Shown here in pieces: positions 50,761 through 64,000 of a stretch of 64,000 nucleotides of DNA (positions within the stretch are counted from its first letter, which is position 1; each line of letters starts with the position of its first letter). Made by a program: the position numbers and the translations under genes. The stretch comes from Tubiluchus corallicola (Eukaryota; Animalia; Priapulida). Below the pieces are notes generated by a model. That model was not told the DNA's origin and did not search any database. It saw nothing but the letters and a program-made list of their open reading frames with translations. Where the stretch lies: positions 186,001 to 250,000 of the forward strand of contig JAQGDQ010000290.1 in assembly GCA_030141605.1 (NCBI GenBank), written 5' to 3'.

Positions 50761-51564
50761 CCCTCACACTCATGCGCTTACTCACACATTTTCTAGGCGT
50801 GTGAAGTGTGAAAATGGCAGAAAGTAGATGAGGAATACATGAAGGAAACATATTAGTACAATGATGTTTTGATGGTAATTGAGTCATGATTAATATGACT
50901 TACAGGGGTGGCTGACTCGATAACATCCCTTCATCTTAATGTAGTCATGAAAATTAATACTATTATTATATTTTTTAAGTGTTTTAGACATTATACTAAT
51001 ATTTTTTACTAACAGGTAAAAATACACGAATTTATCAAATATTACTACTATTATAGACATTACTACTATTATAGACAAAATAAGAATAAAATAAAAAGAG
51101 GCAAAAAAGAAGGTCTGGAAGTCTCATTTTGAAATTTACTGATCAAAAAGTTCGAGAGGAGGAGTTTGTGACTGGTGAAATTTGGTTGCTTGCACAATTT
51201 TTACTCTGATTAAATTTTAATGACCTTTGAAAGAGTAGGCGCAGAGAAAACTACGATGCAAAGATTTCTTCTATTGGTGATCATATTTTGCTGTTTTGTG
51301 CAACGTTTTTTGCACTTTTGTGATTTTGTGCAAAAAAACGTGACAGTTTATTATAGAGAAAGGGTAGAAAGCCAAGTTCGGTCTCTATCACTCAAGCCTT
51401 TCTAAGAAATGTCTCAACTACTGACTGAACCTCTCAAAATGAAACTGTTATGAGAATTCTAGATAGTAACTTGTTCATTTAGCGTATATTGATTAAATAA
51501 ATTACCAATTATTTCGGAGTATGCAACTCGGCAGTTTTCGAGTAAACTATTAATTGATATTACA

Positions 51565-54500
51565 ATGAATTCGGCTGGAACAGACGCATCAGTAGTTAGA
51601 AGAATGTCTACGCAAAGCAAGAAAAAGCACTTTAAAGCTGTTTCCCAGAAGGTCAAACTATTCCGCGCTAATGAACCACAATTAAGCGTTTTTATGTGGG
51701 GAGTCAACCACACGGTGAGCTACTTTATGTGTAAGCCTGTTTACTTGATACTTGATATCGATGCTGACTTTTTAAACAGTCTTCCTATCACTGCAGATGG
51801 TTTCATGTTGTGTTTATGGATGACACACACTTGGTAATTTCGTATACAACAAATAAAACTAAAATGGTTGAATATAGGAAGACAAAAATAAATCAAAATA
51901 GTTAGAAGTTTTGGAGGTAGGAAACTAAAAAGACATATCTATCCAAGTTCACTGGTTACATGTATTTGAGTACCATTTAATACAGTTAAGTACATCAGCA
52001 TTCTTGAGTTTTAGCATGAGCTAGAGGAATACCATTCTTGTTAATTTCTTTTTTTAATTTATTAGTAAATTTGTTATTGTGCATATTTTAAATGTATTTA
52101 AGACAATTCTTTAAAGTGTATGTATCAAGATTTTTATGTAGTTATGATGATCACTTTGAAGTCATTAATTTTTCCTTTCTTTTCAAGAAATCTAACATCT
52201 CTTTCTCATTACAGAAGAAAGTGGCAGTAATATTTTGCTAATCTACATAAATTGTCTAAAAAGAGGCATTGTTTATCCAAATTATGTACTGCCTCAGGAT
52301 TTTTTGTTTTATTTTTTTATTGGCACGTTTGTGATATTTTTGCTCGAACATTAGGCAAGCTGTACAAGTCTGAATTTGTTTAAGCAGCACACACTTACGA
52401 AAAGCCATGGTATGCTATTGAAAAGTCATACCAGTTACATCGTAATTTTCCACTAAACGTTGGCTACCGCCATGCCTATCTATTCAACAGTAGTTTTTTA
52501 TTAACTTAATGCTTTATATAGACAGTTTTTCTGTAAATTTCTTTGATATATTTTTCTAAATTTGAGTGATAATAGTAAAATAAACTCATTATGCTAAATA
52601 ACTTGTCCTTTTTCAAAAGTATGCATGAAAAGGGCAACGAGCCTTGTGCGGTGAAGATTAAATTTTGCATTTTATGATAAAATAGTTTGTGCGTTGATGA
52701 TTTTCTTATACACCCATCTTGTTGTGCGTGCACTTATAATATCTGCGCTAAACAGACAAGGTTACTAATTAATGTAATTATGGTTTGTGTGCTGCACGGT
52801 AATAGTATTAATGCTAGTTTGTTGACTGTCAAGCGTTTTAAAAAACCATAAGATAAGACCTGTGTCACACAGAGCTGGAGATAATCCATGAGGCATAAGC
52901 CACGAGGAGAAAAAGCCGCGTCATGAAAAATGAACGTGTGCTAACCAGTGGTCCCTGTCATACAGATAATCCATTTGTTTATTTCTACTGCAGTTTGCCT
53001 ACCGTAAGCCATCAGCCATAATCTGCGGTAGGCTCCTCACACATTTTGAGCAGTTCATAAAGCACCTTTTTGCGAAATGAATTTGGCCATTAATTTCGTT
53101 TGCCATAAGGTGTTTTGGGGTCATCGTTAACGTGGTAATTAGCAGGTTTGTGGTTTTTACAGTTCACAATTTATTTATACCATAAAAATTTGTAAAAGAA
53201 TCATCTCATAAACGTTAAAAAGCAATTTTTAAGCATGACATTTCACTAATACTGCAATTAGATATGTGCATTGCTGAAACGGATTAGTGCAAAATGTCTT
53301 ACTATTTACAGCGATTAAGAAGCATACCGCATGTTATGATAACAAATAGTTTATTGACAAACAACACAATACCATGTTTTATTAATTGTTTATTGTTTAC
53401 TTTCACTTTATTGTTTATTTATTTCACATCAACACAAATACACAATTAATACATTAAAAGAAACAAAAAGTTATCAATAATTCGATGAATAACAAACAGT
53501 CAGATACATAATAGGAAGCAAATTTTGGAAAAAATGATTTAAACTGTCTTTAGACGTAGGTGAACCTGTGGTAAACAAAGATAGTGATATCGCTACTTCC
53601 TTTAATACTGGTGTCTTAAACAACGTTATGTACAGCATCATTACAAATATACTAACTTGACTCTCAAAACACTGTGGGTTGAAAGATAAACAGAAGAATG
53701 TACAATGCAATGTATATAAAAAAATCACACATCACAGATCATCATCCCAACACTTGGTGTGGCGGGAACATAAAAGAATTTCCTTCATTTCATTAGTGTT
53801 CTCAGAAATCTTTATTTCTGTATATAAAAAATAAAAACAATAAATTTGACTGCTTTCACTGCTTACAAATGTATAATGATCTAATTATTATAATTTAAGA
53901 CAATAAAAGTAAATATTACTCACATCGTGCAGCTATAACAACTTGATACATCCTTTGGGATGTCATACTGGTTTACAGCAAATCAGGTAGAGACGATACA
54001 AATGATTACTTGAAAATTTATCTAAACATTATTTAAAGTTTACTAAGGGTTCTGTAAGCATGTTTAGTGAGTCTTAACTTAATTTACAACTTCATTGGTA
54101 AAATTACAGGTAAATTCACATAGGTGCTGCCACCTACATGTTAAGGCCAGAAACTGACTCTAACACTTGGGTATAATCATCATAATTATCGAAACATTGA
54201 AAGAAACAGAAGAAGTTAAATAGTAAATGGTATTTACACATTTACGAAAATAATATTATTACAGTAGTGTTGCTATCAGTTGAATATGATTTTCTGTGAC
54301 GAGATATTATTTTCTTATTTTAGAACAGTCTGTGATATAATTTGAAATTAAATCTGCGAGTTCACTTTCATTTCCATTTATCAGAAATATAAATTTTTCC
54401 TGTGCCGTAAGATTAATAAAGTTTGGAAAAATTTCGTTGACGTGAGACAACAGGCTTTGTCCTAAATCATTATAATAGTTACATTCAAGAATTAAATGCT

Positions 54501-57500
54501 TTTTGTCATTGAAAGGATGTACGCCTTATGGAAATGGGATCAATCAATCAATCAATTTATTTCACTCCAGCAATATATATACAATACATCAACATACAAT
54601 ATTATTGAAAAAAAAAACAGTATAGGTAAAAAAATGTTGATGAAGTCAAATTAACCGAATAAAGAGTCGCTGTATGACACCTTGAAAGCTTGGTTTGTTA
54701 AGGTGGCAGAAATGAGTGAACGAAGGAATGGTTAGGGTCAGAAGAAATGATAGAATGGAAAAAAATAGTAAGATTAGGGTAACGAAGAAGGAAAAGAAAC
54801 GACCACAGTGTATGTTTACATAGAGCACATACAGGAAATACCTTACGGCTTACGGATTATTGTTTGCTCCTTACACTGTTTTCTGCATGTCACGGGTCTT
54901 ATAGGTCCTTTGCTTATGTGGTAGTTATTTATCTGGTCTTTTTAGCTGCTTACTATGGAGTATGGAGCCGATTTGCGTTACTAATTGTTATTAAGCATGT
55001 AAAGCTATTTTTGGTAAATGAAGAACGTTAGTCAACTGCTTCCACTTACTATGGTTTTTGCTTTGCAGATAAATGCTTTGAGTCATGTGAATGTACCAAT
55101 TATGCTGATGCCAGATGATTTCAAGGCTTTTACCAAAACAAGAGTAGATAACCATTGCTTTAACAAGTGTGTATCTAACTAATATTTGTGCATTAGATTT
55201 TTAAAAAAGCACTTTTAACCGGTATACCTACACAAGTTTTACACTATGAATTTGTACTTGTGTGCTTACATGCTTAGCATGTTGCAAATCGTAGCATTTA
55301 CAATTTTTATACTTTGTTTACTTTATTGGAAATTTAGAAGTGCACTTCAGAACATGTTAGAGTAGTTTGCTAAGCCATTGGTTGTTTGTAGCTTTCCATG
55401 CAGTTTGGTAGCTGTGTAGTGGACAGAGAAGAACATTCTGTTTAAGTTCAGTTTGTTTACTAACCAAGGAGAGTATAGGAGGTTGGCTACTATTGTCTTG
55501 CTTATATGCAATTTTGTGCGCTGTCACTGGTTACGTAACTGCACCAGGCAACAATGTGGAGTTTGTAAATGCTTATTACGAGTTCGCTGGAGTAAAATTG
55601 GCCAAAAATGTAGACGGGATGAAAATGATGAAGCCATGCAACCGTTTAAACTTACTTTAAGTTTACTATTACCGTAATTAACAGAGACTCAGCTGATTTT
55701 TTGGCTTAATTTCAATGACATGTAGGTTGTATTTCCACTTTTTTTCTACTTAAATTTCAATGTGATGGTCGAAATCAGGAGGTTTCCGAATTTTTCAAAA
55801 GTCCGACCGAACTACGAATCTGTGGCTAAATTTCAGGAGACCTTAATTATAAATGTAATTTATATTATTGTTTAATATTGCTTATCGTATAATATAATAT
55901 TAAGCTCGTCACCAGTTGGACCTTCATTTTCACTTAGTCTATTCATTCAGCAGTGTTACTCCATGTTGTGACAATTACAGGCTCAAATCAGCCGAGTTCC
56001 CGTTCACGTTCTCAAAAAGATTGACTTCGTTCGTTGTGTACCGCGTAAATAGGTGTGTGTGTGCATGTGCATGTGGTGCGTGGTGTGTGCGTGTGTGCGT
56101 GGTGTGTGTGTTGTGGTTCAATCATTATTATATAATATTATTATCGTTACATTGGCAAGACCGTGAGCATGCTAGTGGTGATTATAGTATTAGTATTGCT
56201 CCTCGAGGGACGTGTTATTTGCATGATAATAACTATTTTCAAACACGTCGTTTCTAGTAAACTTATTCACGAAAAATGTTTTAGTCATTTCAGTTATTAC
56301 AACCGAGATTTTGTCGCTTTTTGTTTTCAGAGAAAACATGCCTAGTCATTTTCGTGTTAAGGAATACTGCCCGATTGTGTTTCGTAATTTGAGAGAAAGA
56401 TTTGATGTAGATGATACGGACTATGTGGTAATTTTTTCTTTTCTTTTCTTTTATTTTTATGCTAGTGTAGAATCCTGCTTACTTAACATGCATTGTGTCG
56501 TGTGTAGATTGTGATATATGTACAGCAGTTTTTATTACGACTACTAGTGTTTACACATAATAAATAATACAGTCAATGTCAGATGTAAGGGACACCTCGG
56601 GACCGGAAAAAAACATCCCTTACATCCGATGTCCCTTATAGCCGAAGTTGAGTCAGACTGAGGGTGTATATAGACCTGTACTTTTCTGTACTTTTACCCA
56701 TATTTTTATGGATTATTGCTACATATTCAGTGCAAACGGTATGTAGGAAACTCCAGTGATGCAAGATGTATGTGACTGCGGAAACCGAGCTGTTCGAATG
56801 CGAAATTTGCGAAAAATTGAGGTGTACAACTCATTCGGTTTTTGAAAACAAAGCAGTGTTTTGCTGTAATGTTTTGCTTATGTTTTTTTTGGAAAATGTC
56901 AATTCTCATCTTGCGGTTCATTGGTTTGGAGTCCTAGTCTTGCGATTACAGAGTTTTATATTGTTACGCTGAAATAAACCGTTACTGGATAATTGTGAAG
57001 CTATAGGATAATCTGGTTGTGCAGTTCTGCATCTTTTCGTCAGGCTTATTTGCACCTTATTACAAACAATTTTATTGAGGCTGTTTTAGTACAGTAGGCG
57101 CCGTTTAATAGACTCACGGTTAATAGACTCTATCGCTTAATTGACTCAAAAATGCCTGGAACGGGCCGCTTCTATTCAAATATACAGTAGGCGCCGTTTA
57201 ATAGACTCACGGTTAATAGACTCCATTGCTTAATTGACTCAAAACCGCCTGGAATGGGCCGGGCCGCTTCTGTTCAAATATACAGTAGGTGCCGCTCTTA
57301 ATAGACTCACGGTTAATAGACTCTATCGCTTAATTGACTCAAAAATGCCTGGAACGGGCCGCTTCTATTCAAATATACAGTTGGCCCCACTTAATAGACT
57401 TTGCAAGAAAATGAAGCGGCCAACGTTGAAGGAATTTTTGCAAATAAACAGACTTAGAAAAGTCTGTGATCTAGAAAAGTATACTGTTTAATTTATTGCT

Positions 57501-60500
57501 AATTCACTTATATAAATTAATATTTTAAAATATTTTTTCTAATTTTTAACTGCACAAAGGAATTTAGGCATTACTTCGTTTCTAAAATTGATTAAAAGCT
57601 GTTGCAGTGCATAGTAAGCTGATGACAAACTTCTATAGCAGTAATATTACACCCACCGGCTGTTAATAGGTTCAGTCGGTTAATTGGGTCAAAACACTTC
57701 GGTCGCAAAGTGAGTCTATTAAGCGGCACCTACTGTAATATAAATTTTTGAACATTTAAGTGAAATAATTGTTGATAATTTATGCTGGGAAACTCACCAA
57801 CCTGTTTGCAGATCACACAGTAATTTTGCTTACACTTTGGCATAGTATTGTTCCTCAGCAGTTTATAACGTCTGAATGTATTTGTATACCTTTTAGCACT
57901 CCCTGACAAAGGCACAGCCAGTTCAGGCCAAGTATCAAGGTAGAGGCGGAGGCAAGTTGCTTGTTTCGCAAGATCGTAGGTTTTTAATCAAAACAATCGA
58001 TGGTGAAGAAGTGGAACAGATGCACAGTATACTAAAACCTTACCACCAGGTTTGTGAGGAGTGATTAACCCTTTCAGTCCCAAATTATTTTTTTAATAAG
58101 AAAAAATTTTTTCGTTTGGTACTTTTGTTCAGTATGTCCATCTTGTTTACACATAATAATTATTTTGTTCTACCTGTGCCCGCATGCTAAATCTAGCCTG
58201 TATCCCACGGGATACATTGGGATTCAATGGAAGCATAAAATGTGCTTCATTTTGAAACTCCTGATAATTTTTTAAAGTATTTAAGACATTTAGTATGCAC
58301 GCTATGCTAATCTGTACAAAGTCGTCTCTAAAGTACTGTACCTTGCGCAATTTTTTATGCTATGTAGATTTTCTAGTTTGCCATTTTATCACCATTTTTA
58401 GTCTATTAGTTATTGGCTTAAATCAAAATAACTATTAACAGATCAAATAACTGTTAGTTTTAAAATTTTATGAATTTTAAAGGCAGAAAATATTCTTGTA
58501 TTCCATGGGATACAATGGGTATGAAAGGTTAACAGTTACATTATGAACAGTTAGCATTTTCTTACTAGCTAACTATGCAGTTGTAGTTTGTCATTAAAAC
58601 AAGTGACCGAATTTACTAATAGATATTTTTGGGCGTCTTTCTTTTGCATAGAAATCTGGTGCATTTGTAATTGACAATTTTGATACTTCCTAATTTGACT
58701 ATCAATATTCCAATATTTTCACATTTTTTCAACACAGAAGATCCATCTTTCTTATGTAGGCTCAATGTTTAGTTTAGTTTAGTGTAGTTTATTATTATCA
58801 CATTCAGTACAATATAACTACATTAAGCACACAGTGACATCAAAATTATTACGTCATACTGTCATACACTATCGTTATAATAAAAGAATAATTGTACTGC
58901 AGTGGGCTAGAGCATCAAAGGCTTGTATAAGCCCACTGTCATGTGAACCCGATAAAAAAGAATGGATGAGTGAACAAAAAAAGAACTGGGAGAAAGGTTA
59001 GATCACACAGGAAGGGTAGAAGGATGTGTTAGTGGAAATGGTAGGAAGAAAGATAATAGATTGCGCTATGTTGACATCAGCTCTAAAGATTTATCCATGA
59101 TGCCTTGTTTTGCGTAATCTGTAGCTGCATGTCAGCACCTGCTCTCTGTTAAAAAGGGATATGTAGAAAACGCCTCCTTTTGATTACTCCTGTTTGTTAT
59201 AACACTCGTACTAGTTTAACACCAATAACATATGTATTAAAAGTTTTTGATGAAATTACATTTAGAATTTTCATGATTTTTGTAAAGGCGTGGTTTAAAA
59301 TGCCTTTAGCTGCATTATAATCGATCTCTTTTGGGTAATGTGATAACTGGGGTAATTTTCTCACTAGTCTGTGTAAATTACTTATAGGAAGACTTTGTTC
59401 TTAATAGGTGCAATTATCCAAAGTATTTTATTAGCAAATTACAATTTTGCTTTTGAAGCTTCAGAGATTGCTACTAGTCAAGAAATATTGATTTTTTTAC
59501 ATATTTTTTAGTATGTGGTGGAAAGTCATGGAGAAACTCTGTTGCCACAGTACCTAGGAATGTATCGTGTGACTGTAGATGGTGCTGACACCTATCTTTT
59601 AGTGATGAGGAATTTCTTCAGTCAGAACTTACAAGTGCATAGAATCTATGACCTAAAAGGCTCCACAGTAGACAGGAAGGCTACAGAGAAAGAAAAGGTA
59701 GGAGGTTTTATTATTGTTTGCCAACAATGAACTAGAATTGTGTATAATCAATTAAATAGCAGTAATTCAATTCAATTCAATTTATTTATTAACTCTGCAA
59801 GAATTATCAAAACACAGTATTAGGAATACATGCAAGATCAGAGATCACTCTAACTCTAGATCAGAGATCACTCTAGGTCTAGATCGGAAATCACTCTAGG
59901 TCTAGATCAGAGATCACTCTAGCTCTAGATCAGAGATCACACTTGCTCTAGATCAGAGATCACTCTAGCTCTAGATCAGAGATCACTCTAGGTCTAGATC
60001 AGAGATCACTCTAGGTCTAGATCAGAAATCACTCTAGCTCTAGATCAGAGATCACTCTAGCTCTAGATCAGAGATCACTCTAGCTCTAGATCAGAGATCA
60101 CTCTAGCTCTAGATCAGAGATCACTCTAGCTGTAGATCAGAGATCACTCTAGCTCTAGATCAGAGATCACTCTAGCTCTAGATCAGAGATCACTCTAGCT
60201 CCAGATCAGAGATCACTGTAGCTCTAGATCAGAGATCACTCTAGCTCCAGATCAGAGATCACTCTAGCTCTAGATCAGAGATCACTTTGAGACTTAAATA
60301 TCAATGTGGTTAAAACAATTTCGTAAATAGATTGTAATACAGTCAAACCTCATTATACCGCCAACCGTTACACTACCAAACTAGTTTACCGCCATCTGGT
60401 GGACAAATTAATGTACTTGTTCAATGCGGAAATACCGGCAGCAGTCTCGAATAATGCCACCAGCTTCTTGTTATAATACTAGCTGTCCGAGTCTGCTATA

Positions 60501-63500
60501 AGCTTTGCTGAGCCGTAGTCACTAGGCAGACGTTACGTGTCGTATAAAATAATGCATGTTATCGTATTTTGATTGTTTGCAAGCTGTACCGTACGTCGTA
60601 CAATCATAATGATACATTAATGTAAATGCGCCAAGCAGTCATAATGGTAACCGACAAGAAACATTTGGGTTTTTTCCCGCAAGAAACGAGGTATTTGTTT
60701 GCATTCTAAGAACCATTCCAACAAGTCCCAGTTGTGATAACTTTTTTTGCACATACATGTTTAGTGGAACAGTTGGCTTACAGCGTGTTATATAGTTGAG
60801 TACTTTACTATGTAAACAAAAATAACTTCTTTCTAAAAATTATTGGTTTTGAGTGAGTCAACTCACATATGATTAATTTAATAATTTTCTTTTAATTCAT
60901 TAGCTTTTATTAGAGTGGAAAATAAGGCCCTAACCACTGTACACTTACCTGACTCTTCTGTGATTCGTCTATATTAAAATTTAAAACATCTTGTTATAAC
61001 TGTTTTTTCTGGAGGTGACAAAGAGGTTTGAGTGTATATTTAATTGCTTTAACTACTTTAAAACTTAAGGAGATTTTATTATTGAGTTATAGCAAGTTTT
61101 AGGAGATAACGTTCTTTAACTTAAACAGGTTCACAAGTTTTAATATTAAACTGTAGCTTTCATTGTGGTCTCAGACGTCCGAAACTAATTTTATATGCAA
61201 GTTGTGATAATTCTTTAGAGTAAAAACATGCCAACTTACAAAGACAACGATTTCGTGGAAGAGGAAGCGAAAATTTACCTTGGAAAGATCGCCAAGGATG
61301 AATTCTTGCAAAAACTTACTCGAGATGTAGAGGTAAGTATTCGTTAGTTTGCATCATCTGTGTCTTTTGCATCAAATGCTTTTCGTAATGCATTAAAGGT
61401 GAGCAGTTTTTCTTTGATACAGTTCCAAACGTTGTTACCTTCTACACGCTTTTGTCTGGCAAGGTTTTATAAATACATGGAAATACGTCAAAATAGAATT
61501 TATTGCCTACCGGTTTCGGCAATAAATTTAAGACATCTAAAACAATGAAATTTATCAGAACTTAGAAACAACATCAGAATACATTTCAGTAGTTAATAGC
61601 CGAAAGGTATATGATATAATATTATACAGATAATTTAACAATTTACCTTACAGACTACATATCTGGATTAGTATGAAACTATTTAATATTCCACAAACGA
61701 AACGTTACATTACTAGTAACAGAACTGTCAGTATTAGGGAGCTGCCGTTTTGTTACTAACACATAAATCCACTAACCACAAGGCACTATTGGTGTTGTAC
61801 AACCTCGAGTGCACTTCAGCGGTAAATAGTACATATACTCATCTTTGCTGTTTAACTTAGGCCCAATGTGTTTAATGTGTAATGCTTTCAGTATTGACAA
61901 AAAACGGTAATTGTGTCTTTCGGCTAAGATTTTGATGTTGTTTGCTTCAAATGCTCGCTCACCTTCGTGAGATCTCTAAGGCAAATATACTGAATCGATT
62001 CACTTGTAATTTATAACAAGTTTATAATGATTTTGAGTTTCACCAAGGTTATGTATGCCTTTTTAACACATATGCAGCATTTTTCACTGAAAGATTTGCA
62101 ATACTTTTTAATAATTTAACTTTGAATTTGCTTGTAAGTTTCAATGTAATATTTTTGACTAATGACAGCCTAAGGAAAAAAAACAAAGTACGGGTTTTAG
62201 AAGTAATACTGGTGATTGTTATACTAGCAGAGAACATGGAATTACTCAACAGGCTATGCTAAACTTATTTACTTTTTATAGTTTCTGACAAAACTTCGCT
62301 TGATGGATTACTCGCTATTAGTCGGGATTCACGATGGTGATACAGCTGCCCTTGAAGCTGAGAATCATTCAGAAAAAGAGTCTAAAACCAAACGTCATCA
62401 GTCAGAGACAGAAACTTCCGAGTCGGACGCATCCCCACCTCCGAGTCCTAACGTGGAAGGAAATTCTTTCAATTTCGATTTGGTATTTCATCCAGAATTG
62501 GATAAATATGGGTTTCCTTCCGTCGAAGGTTTGTATTAATTCAGGTTTGTTGTTAATTAATGAGTTGAATTACTTTGCGTATGGATTCATGATACTTGCT
62601 TTTGTGATTTGCTGATTAATATTGTGTATGTATGTAGTCGTATATGTGTGTATTGTAGTAGTCTGACCAGACTGTTTCGTCTAGTGGTAATGTGTCTGCT
62701 TTCCGTCTGGGAGGTCTTGAGTTCGAACCAGCGGCCGGGTCATACCAAAGACTATAAAAATGGTACATGCTGTTGCCCTGCCTGACGCATGGTATTTAGG
62801 GTAAAAATGGGGTAATAATAGTCTCTGTTATGTAGTTGTAGGTTGTTATTTATAGTCGGCAATAATAGCTCTTTGAGCTAATGTTAATTGTTGACCCAAA
62901 AGCCGACTTTAAATAAAAATTATTATTATTATGTATACTACATAAAAAGTACATATACACATGTACAGTATATACGTATGTGCAGTGATGTCTCACTTAA
63001 TGATCATAATGCATTCCAGCAAAAACTTATGGTCGTATTTTCTATAGCAAACACAGTGGGAGCCGTTTAATAGACTCATGGTTAATAGAATCAATTGGCA
63101 AATTGACTCAGAAACGTCTGGTACGGGTTGCTCCAATTCAAGTGTTCTGACTAGTAGTAGTATTCCTTTGGACCTCATTCGACAGCAGGCATCTAGTTTA
63201 ACCCAGACTAGGAGTAAAACTGCTGATTACTTCAGAGTAAAAATGTCCTAAAGACTGCTTAAACATTTGCATAAACATTATTAGCATAACTACCAGTAGT
63301 AAAATGTCTTGTAATTGGGATGAGTTTGAATAAACATCGATTTTTGTATTCAGTTCAAGACGATTGGATGTGTTTGCATTAAATCGGTATATAACATACA
63401 TTGCGACAAACGGTTCATTGGGTATTAGGCTACCAGATGAGGTATATAGAGCTTGCAGGTCTAGATGCACCATCGGTCTGACTCAATTTCGGCTATAAGG

Positions 63501-64000
63501 GACGATTTTTTCCCGGTCCGGAGGTGTCCGTTATATCCGAGGTTGACTCTGCTGCATTGAGAGTGTGTTAATCTTGCTTTAACTTTTGGTACTAATGGTA
63601 GCACCGAAATGCTTCCAATGAGTAAAAATTGAAACAAGTACAACGGAAACTTCTGCATAATTTGCCTGGTTAATCAGCTGTTGAGTAATAAAGAAATGAC
63701 AGTTTTAAGTTGCCAAACAACGTTTCGCAAAATGCAACAAATTTCTCCATGGCACTAACTACTCGTTATCGCTAATATCTTACTAAATTGCTGGATATGT
63801 AGTTATTTTTTAGTTGATATTAAATAATTTCACTTAAATAATTTCTTTTATAAAGATGCACCCAAGAAACAGGTGTATTTTATGGCGTTGATTGAAATAC
63901 TTACGGAATACGGCGCTTCCAAGAGGACAGCTCATGCCGTAAAGACCGTGAAGCATGGCACGGGAGCAGAGATTTCGACCGTCAGCCCAGAGCAGTATTC
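51565..64000 (+). CDS. PIP4K2: Phosphatidylinositol 5-phosphate 4-kinase type II (PIP4K2-like), 3'-truncated by window
   Basis: Exons 51565-51714, 55069-55166, 56331-56427, 57897-58049, 59512-59697, 61219-61332, 62282-62528, 63856->64000; all GT-AG and phase-consistent. Motifs [102 protein letters not shown]. Confidence 0.93.
57092..57735. mobile_element. Tc1/mariner-type MITE with tandemly amplified left end; partial copy at about 63053-63135
   Basis: TA|cagtaggcgccgtttaatagactcac x3-4, right end gtgagtctattaagcggcacctactg|TA. Confidence 0.8.
58069..58528. mobile_element. piggyBac-like MITE
   Basis: TTAA|ccctttcagtccca ... tgggtatgaaagg|TTAA. Confidence 0.7.
59835..60287. repeat. 23-bp minisatellite, about 19 copies
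   Basis: agatcagagatcactctagctct unit. Confidence 0.95.
60340..61036. mobile_element. Tc1/mariner-type MITE
   Basis: TA|cagtcaaacctc ... gaggtttgagtg|TA. Confidence 0.6.
62668..62800 (+). mobile_element. tRNA-derived SINE 5' part
   Basis: A-box-like tctagtgg, B box gttcgaacc, then ggtcataccaaagactataaaaatggtac, a motif I recall from metazoan SINE central domains. Confidence 0.7.

Noticed and set aside
62668-62740. tRNA gene
   Set aside because: A/B boxes are present but there is no convincing cloverleaf, and it runs into a SINE-type body.

Overview
AT-rich, intron-containing DNA from a eukaryote, most likely an invertebrate metazoan. I reconstructed four spliced protein-coding genes by hand from GT-AG junctions and reading-frame phase: a 5-exon chondroitin polymerizing factor gene (CHPF-like, +), a 2-exon orphan class A GPCR (+), an hnRNP A/B-family gene (-), and a divergently transcribed type II PIP kinase (PIP4K2-like, +) cut off by the window end. 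The rest is MITEs, LINE remnants, SINEs and minisatellites. Four observations stand out. (1) The hnRNP A/B gene has two intact tandem copies of the RRM1 exon, a candidate poison exon that creates a stop at its splice junction, and two paralogous non-coding 3'UTR exons; together these suggest an unusually elaborate splicing/NMD autoregulation system. (2) A full-length 5S rRNA sequence heads a SINE-like element flanked by a 34-bp direct repeat. (3) The PIP4K has Asp->Glu in the metal-binding DIL motif. (4) A Penelope-like inverted repeat pair carries hammerhead-like cores. Gene identities rest on recalled family motifs; no database searches were run.
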